From Alphaproteobacteria bacterium (GTDB lineage: Bacteria > Pseudomonadota > Alphaproteobacteria > GCA-2746255): 64,000 bases of DNA. Below are positions 58,873 through 64,000 of this stretch, in pieces. Made by a program: the position numbers and the translations under genes. The first letter of the stretch is position 1. Every line of letters starts with the position of its first letter. The stretch covers positions 320,001-384,000 of the forward strand of contig OZ252220.1 in assembly GCA_965249135.1 (NCBI GenBank). Reading direction: 5' to 3'. Below the pieces are notes generated by a model. The model did not search any database. It worked only from the letters and a program-made list of their open reading frames with translations, and was not told where the DNA came from.

Positions 58873-59910
58873 ATGACCTCACCCACGCCCCAGGCCCCCA
58901 TCGAAGCACCCACCCAGGACCGGATCCGTGAGGACGACGTGCTGCGCCATGATTGGGAGCTCAAAGAAATCCTCTCCCTTTTCGGACTGCCCTTTAACGA
59001 CCTTCTCTTCGAGGCGCACCGTCTGCATCGCAGCCACTTCGATCCGAATCGCGTGCAGATCAGCACGCTGCTTAGCATAAAGACGGGCGGCTGCCCGGAG
59101 GATTGCAAGTACTGCGCGCAAAGTGCCCGCTACGAGACGGAACTGGGCGCGGACAAACTGCTGAGCGTAGACGAGGTGGTGACGGCCGCTGAGAAGGCGC
59201 GTGAGGCGGGAGCCACGCGCTTTTGCATGGGGGCGGCCTGGCGCAATCCGAAGGACCGCGACCTTCCCCATGTCCTCGACATGATCCGGGCGGTGAAGGC
59301 GCTCGGCCTTGAGACCTGTGCGACCCTTGGCATGCTGTCGAAGGAACAGGCAACCGCCCTTAAAGAGGGGGGTCTCGACTACTACAATCACAACGTGGAT
59401 ACGTCGGAGGAATTCTACGGCGAGATCATCACGACACGGACCTATCAGGACCGTCTCGACACCCTTGCCCAGGTGCGCGCCGCCGGCATGAAGGTATGCG
59501 CCGGCGGTATTCTCGGCATGGGCGAAGCCCGATCCGACCGCGCCGGCATGCTGAGGACGCTTGCCAACCTGCCGGAACACCCGGAAAGCGTACCGATCAA
59601 CCTCCTGATCCGGATTCCCGGAACCCCGCTGGAAACGGGTGAGGCGCTCGATCCGATCGAATTCGTGCGCACGATTGCCGTTGCCCGGATCCTCATGCCG
59701 AAGTCCGTCGTGCGCCTGTCGGCGGGGCGTGAACACATGACGGACGAGATGCAGGCGCTTTGTTTCTTTGCCGGGGCCAACTCGATCTTCTACGGCGAAA
59801 AGCTGCTGACCGCCGGGAACCCGGAAAAAGGCGCGGACCGCGCCCTTTTCGAACGCCTCGGCCTCAAGGGTGAGGAGCGGACGACCGTCCCTCGCGAATG
59901 CTCCCATTGA
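58873..59910 (+). CDS. bioB: Biotin synthase
   Basis: CPEDCKYC radical SAM motif, [21 protein letters not shown]. Confidence 0.97.
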   Translation: MTSPTPQAPIEAPTQDRIREDDVLRHDWELKEILSLFGLPFNDLLFEAHRLHRSHFDPNRVQISTLLSIKTGGCPEDCKYCAQSARYETELGADKLLSVDEVVTAAEKAREAGATRFCMGAAWRNPKDRDLPHVLDMIRAVKALGLETCATLGMLSKEQATALKEGGLDYYNHNVDTSEEFYGEIITTRTYQDRLDTLAQVRAAGMKVCAGGILGMGEARSDRAGMLRTLANLPEHPESVPINLLIRIPGTPLETGEALDPIEFVRTIAVARILMPKSVVRLSAGREHMTDEMQALCFFAGANSIFYGEKLLTAGNPEKGADRALFERLGLKGEERTTVPRECSH

Positions 59911-61199
59911 TGAAAGAGAAGCCCCCGGCGGAAGAGGGGCGGCAAACCGAGCATCTCTGGCTGCCCTATACCCAGATGGCGACCGTTCCGCCGCCCCTGC
60001 AAGCGGTGGGTGCTGAGGGTGCGCGCATCCGTCTCAAGGACGGGCGTGAACTCGTCGACGGCACCTCCTCTTGGTGGACGGCCTGTCACGGCTACAACCA
60101 CCCGCATATCCGAAGCGCCGTCGTCCGCCAGCTCGAGGCCTTTCCTCACCTCATGTTCGGTGGGCTGATCCACGAACCGGCGATTGAGCTCTCGGATCGT
60201 CTCGTAGAGCTTTTGCCCGATGGCCTCAGCCGCGTCTTCTTTTCCGAATCCGGCTCCGTCGCCGTCGAGATCGCGCTCAAGCTAGCCGTCCAGTACTGGG
60301 CGAACCGGGGGGAGGCGGGCCGCACACGCTTCATCGGCTTTCGCCGCGGCTACCATGGTGACACCCTGGGCGCGATGGCCGTCTCGGATCCGAAACTCGG
60401 CTTCCACGATTGCACGCGCTTCGGCGGCTACATTCCGGAGCACTTCTTCGTCGAAATTCCCCGCGACCGGCAAGCGGCCAGGCGTTTCGATGATTTTCTT
60501 GGATCTCACGTGGGCGAGCTCGCCGGCGTCATCATCGAGCCGCTCGTCCAGGCGGCCGGCGGCGCACGCTTTCACTCAGGCGAAAGCGTGCGCTGGGTGG
60601 CCGAGGCCTGCCGCCGCCACGATCTGCTGTTCATCGCCGACGAAGTGGCGACGGGCTTCGGGCGCACCGGCCGGCTGTTTGCCTGTGAGGAGGCCAAGGT
60701 TTCCCCGGATATCCTTTGTCTCTCGAAGGCGCTGACCGGCGGCACGATGGCGCTGGCGGCCACGGTTGCAAATGCGCGAATGTTCGAGGCGTTCCTTGGG
60801 CCGGAGCCGGAAAAGGCCTTCCTTCACGGCCCGACCTTCATGGCCAATCCGCTTGCTTGCGCGGCGGCGAATGCCTCCCTCGACCTGTTCGAGCGCGAGC
60901 CGCGCCTCGAACAGGTGGCGGCGATCGAGGCCCATCTCCGCTCAGCACTTGAGCCGTGCCGGACGCTTGCCGGCGTGCGCGATGTGCGGGCGAAGGGTGC
61001 CATCGGCGTCGTCGAGCTTGAGGGCGAGCTCGATCACGATTGGCTACGCGCCCGATTCGTCGAGGAAGGAACCTGGATCCGGCCCTTCGGCGACATGGTC
61101 TACCTGATGCCGCCCTTCGTGATTGAGCCTCCAGACCTCGAACGCCTGACCGACGCCGTCGCGAAAGTGGTGGGCGAGTGGGCAGAGAGGCGCGCGTAA
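59910..61199 (+). CDS. bioA: Adenosylmethionine-8-amino-7-oxononanoate aminotransferase
   Basis: WLPYTQM, SWWT..HG, SGSVAVE, YHGDT, DEVATGFGR, SKALTGG; TGATG coupling to bioB. Confidence 0.96.
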   Translation: MKEKPPAEEGRQTEHLWLPYTQMATVPPPLQAVGAEGARIRLKDGRELVDGTSSWWTACHGYNHPHIRSAVVRQLEAFPHLMFGGLIHEPAIELSDRLVELLPDGLSRVFFSESGSVAVEIALKLAVQYWANRGEAGRTRFIGFRRGYHGDTLGAMAVSDPKLGFHDCTRFGGYIPEHFFVEIPRDRQAARRFDDFLGSHVGELAGVIIEPLVQAAGGARFHSGESVRWVAEACRRHDLLFIADEVATGFGRTGRLFACEEAKVSPDILCLSKALTGGTMALAATVANARMFEAFLGPEPEKAFLHGPTFMANPLACAAANASLDLFEREPRLEQVAAIEAHLRSALEPCRTLAGVRDVRAKGAIGVVELEGELDHDWLRARFVEEGTWIRPFGDMVYLMPPFVIEPPDLERLTDAVAKVVGEWAERRA

Positions 61200-61235
61200 A
61201 AAAAACCCCCGGCCGATCCCGACCGGGGATTTTTC
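61198..61235. terminator. Bidirectional intrinsic terminator between convergent bioA and hydrolase
   Basis: A-tract, CCCCGG/CCGGGG stem, T-tract. Confidence 0.65.
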
Positions 61236-61252
61236 GAAAGCCGTTCACGCAC

Positions 61253-62350
61253 CTAGCCTAAGAAAGCCTTCTTCAGCCGGTCGTTCACCAGGTCCGGCTT
61301 CTCCCACATCAGGAAGTGGCCGCCATCCGGCACGTATTCCATCGTGTAGTTGTTGTACCAGAGCGCCACGTCGCTGGACCACACGGACGGAACGATGGGA
61401 TCCCCCATCCCCCAGAGGAAGGTGGTCGGAAGATCCGAGATCGTGCGATCGAGCGGCGTCCACGGGTTGGAAGTGATCGAGAGGTTCGCCCGGTAGAAAT
61501 TGAAGCCCCCATGCACGTTGCCGGGCTTCATGAAGTTGTCCGTCAGGATCTCCATCTCCTCGTCCGTGATCAGATCCTTGTTGTAGGACCAGTGCGAGAA
61601 GAAGTGCTTGAAGTACAGCTTCGTCGCTTCGCGCGAGGAGGTCACGACGTCGACGGCCATGTCGAGCTGATGGAACTGCGAATACCACGATTCCGGGAAG
61701 TGTCCGACGCTTAGGTAGCGCGGGCCGAAGCCGGGAACAATCGCGTCCATGATTAAGGCCTTGATGACCTTGCTGCGGTACTTGCGGAGGAATTTATGGG
61801 CGACGACGGAGGAATAGTCGTGGCCGACGATGTAGCCCTGCTTGATGTCGAGCGCCTCCATCAACTGGGCATAGTCCTCGACGACATGGTTCAGGTGATA
61901 CTGCGGGATGTCCTTGAGGTCCGGTTTCTCGGTGTCGCCGTAACCCCGCATGTCCGGCACGATGACATCGAAATGCTTGGCCAGCTCGCCGATGTTCTTG
62001 TGCCATTCCCACCAGAAACCTGGCCAGCCATGCCACAGGAAGAGCGGCGGGCCCTTGCCCTCGCGCACGTAGTGCATCTTGACGTTCTTGAGCTGGACCG
62101 TGTGATGCTTGAAGTCGTCCGGTTTCCGGATATTGGAAGCGCCATACGCCTTCCGAATGAACCCGGTCGGCGGCTTGGACTGGAGGGGAAGGCTGGTGCC
62201 GAGAAAAGCGCCCATGGTGGCGAGACCGGCGCGCTTGAGGAAGCGGCGTCGACCGCTATCCGGGATGGGATCGGCGAGCGGGACATCGGTAAGCTCTTGG
62301 CTGCGCGTCTCCGCCTCGCGGACCCCGCGCTCCATCTTCTTGGCTGTCAT
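61253..62350 (-). CDS. Tat-exported alpha/beta hydrolase (epoxide hydrolase-like)
   Basis: RRRFLK Tat motif, HGWP oxyanion motif, PDMRGYG, GHDY nucleophile, WY and FYR tyrosines, GHF. Confidence 0.85.
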   Translation of the reverse strand: MTAKKMERGVREAETRSQELTDVPLADPIPDSGRRRFLKRAGLATMGAFLGTSLPLQSKPPTGFIRKAYGASNIRKPDDFKHHTVQLKNVKMHYVREGKGPPLFLWHGWPGFWWEWHKNIGELAKHFDVIVPDMRGYGDTEKPDLKDIPQYHLNHVVEDYAQLMEALDIKQGYIVGHDYSSVVAHKFLRKYRSKVIKALIMDAIVPGFGPRYLSVGHFPESWYSQFHQLDMAVDVVTSSREATKLYFKHFFSHWSYNKDLITDEEMEILTDNFMKPGNVHGGFNFYRANLSITSNPWTPLDRTISDLPTTFLWGMGDPIVPSVWSSDVALWYNNYTMEYVPDGGHFLMWEKPDLVNDRLKKAFLG

Positions 62351-62589
62351 GATTTCCTCCCTGAATTCCCCTTTTTTTGGGCCGCATCTTTGGCGGTCTC
62401 CGGGCCCAAGTATGCCCGTTTTAGCGCTTCGAAGGAACGATTTTACAGGCCCCTTCGGGCCTTTGACACGCCGCTTTCGGGGTTTACCCCTTGTCAACAC
62501 CGAGGCCCCAGGGTTAAGCCCTTCTTCCCATGCGGGCCGGCCATCGGTCCGGGCGGGAAGAAGGCGCAGGCGGCGTTGGGAAGGCGAAA

Positions 62590-63459
62590 ATGGCAATCGA
62601 GCCCGAAAAAGAACACTACATCCTCACGATCAGCTGTCCGGACCGCACCGGGATCGTCGCGGCCGTCGCAGGCTTTCTCGCAGGCCAGGACTGTTTCATC
62701 CGCGAATCCTCCCATTTCGGCGACATGGAAACCGGCCGCTTCTTCATGCGGACGGTCTATCTGCGCGGGCAGAAGAGCCCGCCTCAAGCGGCCCTCGTCG
62801 AGCAATTCTCGAAGATCGCCACCGACTTCCAGATGGACTGGGCCATCTACGACGGCCGCGCCCGGCCGAAGGTGGTCATCTTGGTCTCGCGTTTCGACCA
62901 CTGTTTGAACGATCTGCTTTACCGCTATCGGACCGGCGCGCTTCGCATGGAGATTGCGGCCATCGTATCCAACCATCCGGAACTGACGGAGCTTGCGGAA
63001 TGGCACCGGCTTCCTTTTCATCATCTTCCGGTTAGCCAACAGACGAAATCCGAGCAGGAGGCAAAAATCCTAGGCCTCATCGAGGAGAGTGGGGCCGAAC
63101 TCGTCATCCTTGCCCGCTACATGCAGGTCCTGACTCCGGAATTCTGCGAGAAGATGCCGGGCCGCATCATCAACATTCACCATTCCTTTCTTCCCGGCTT
63201 TAAGGGTGCGAAACCCTATCAACAGGCCCATGAGCGCGGCGTGAAACTGATCGGGGCGACCGCCCACTACGTGACGGCCGGCCTCGACGAAGGGCCGATC
63301 ATCGACCAGGCGGTCGAACGCGTCGATCATTCCGACACCACCGAAGCGTTCGTCCATGTCGGCCGTGACATCGAATGCCGGGTGCTGGCCCGGGCCGTCC
63401 GTTACCACATTGAGCGCCGGGTGCTGCTCCACGGCATCAGGACCGTCGTTTTTCGGTAG
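62590..63459 (+). CDS. purU: Formyltetrahydrofolate deformylase
   Basis: CPDRTGIV ACT domain, SNH, LARYMQ, INIHHSFLP, LDEGPII. Confidence 0.96.
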   Translation: MAIEPEKEHYILTISCPDRTGIVAAVAGFLAGQDCFIRESSHFGDMETGRFFMRTVYLRGQKSPPQAALVEQFSKIATDFQMDWAIYDGRARPKVVILVSRFDHCLNDLLYRYRTGALRMEIAAIVSNHPELTELAEWHRLPFHHLPVSQQTKSEQEAKILGLIEESGAELVILARYMQVLTPEFCEKMPGRIINIHHSFLPGFKGAKPYQQAHERGVKLIGATAHYVTAGLDEGPIIDQAVERVDHSDTTEAFVHVGRDIECRVLARAVRYHIERRVLLHGIRTVVFR

Positions 63460-63530
63460 GTGGCGCACGGCTTGGCAAAAGCGCGGTGTCTTGACGTCTT
63501 CTTCCCGAAAGGGAGAGAAAGGTTTCCAGC

Positions 63531-63561
63531 TTGACCTTCCAGCGTGGGAATCGGCCATTCT
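63531..63561 (+). promoter_or_regulatory. MerR-family (CueR/GolS-type) promoter
   Basis: TTGACC-19 bp-CATTCT with a TTCC..GGAA dyad in the spacer. Confidence 0.7.
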
Positions 63562-63592
63562 CTGTCGAGTGAACCGAAGGAGGTCTACCATC

Positions 63593-63862
63593 ATGGTTGC
63601 AAAACGACAGATCGAAGTCTTTAGCGCCGGGTGCGCCGTTTGCGAAGATACGATCGCACGCATCCGCGAATTTGCCTGTTCGGGCTGCGAGGTGGTCGTT
63701 CTCGACATGCGCGAGGCGGACGTTGTGGCGCGAGCAAAAACGCTTGGCGTTCGCAGTGTCCCTGCCGTTGCCGTCGACGACCGGCTGGCCGCCTGTTGCG
63801 GCGATCGCGGCATCGACATGGACCGCCTTAGGGAGCTAGGCTTGGGTCAACCACTTCCGTAA
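63593..63862 (+). CDS. Small Cys-rich thioredoxin-fold protein (metal-resistance associated)
   Basis: AGGAGG RBS; IEVFSAGCAVC, SVPAV cis-Pro, ACC. Confidence 0.85.
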   Translation: MVAKRQIEVFSAGCAVCEDTIARIREFACSGCEVVVLDMREADVVARAKTLGVRSVPAVAVDDRLAACCGDRGIDMDRLRELGLGQPLP

Positions 63863-63887
63863 GGCGGAAACTTAAGGCGGAAAAACC

Positions 63888-64000
63888 ATGAGTCTGCGCG
63901 GCCTATTCACGACAGGGCTGACAGGGGCGGGCGTGAGTGGCGTTTGCTGCTTCACGCCGGCCTTGGTCTATGGCCTCGGTGCGTTTGGATTATCGGCGGC
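63888..64000 (+). CDS. merF: MerF-like mercury transport protein (runs off the window)
   Basis: MSLRGLFTTGLTGAGVSGVCCFTPALVYGLGAFGLSA matches the MerF CCFTP motif. Confidence 0.8.
   Translation, partial: MSLRGLFTTGLTGAGVSGVCCFTPALVYGLGAFGLSA

Overview
A GC-rich alphaproteobacterial chromosomal segment; gene content suggests Rhodospirillales, which is an inference. In order it carries: a 5'-truncated GGDEF-EAL gene and a glycerophosphodiesterase; three tandem paralogous pentapeptide-repeat genes, the middle one a pseudogene; a GDCCVxC small protein; a cobalamin riboswitch ahead of btuB-F-C-D-tonB; several housekeeping genes; a Tad/Cpa pilus cluster with an flp pilin missing from the ORF track, in which tadB, tadC, a tadE/F gene and an adjacent SEL1 gene are broken; an orphan Panacea-domain gene; a ~9.6 kb patch of decayed IS3/IS256/IS630/IS21 elements and phage/TetR fragments around an intact autotransporter, between DUF192 and tRNA-Pro; tRNA-Pro, an ETC complex I subunit and tRNA-Arg; modA and hisI; a zinc uptake locus with Zur and ZnuC fused in one ORF; sulfur amino-acid genes (metC, sseA, cysK); biotin genes; purU; and the start of a MerR-type metal operon. 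The best leads are the Zur-ZnuC fusion with a C9 tract in its linker, the pentapeptide triad, lesions confined to surface/cell-cycle genes and IS elements, and a long B12 leader with an anti-aptamer segment. All calls rest on motif recognition by eye; no database searches were run.
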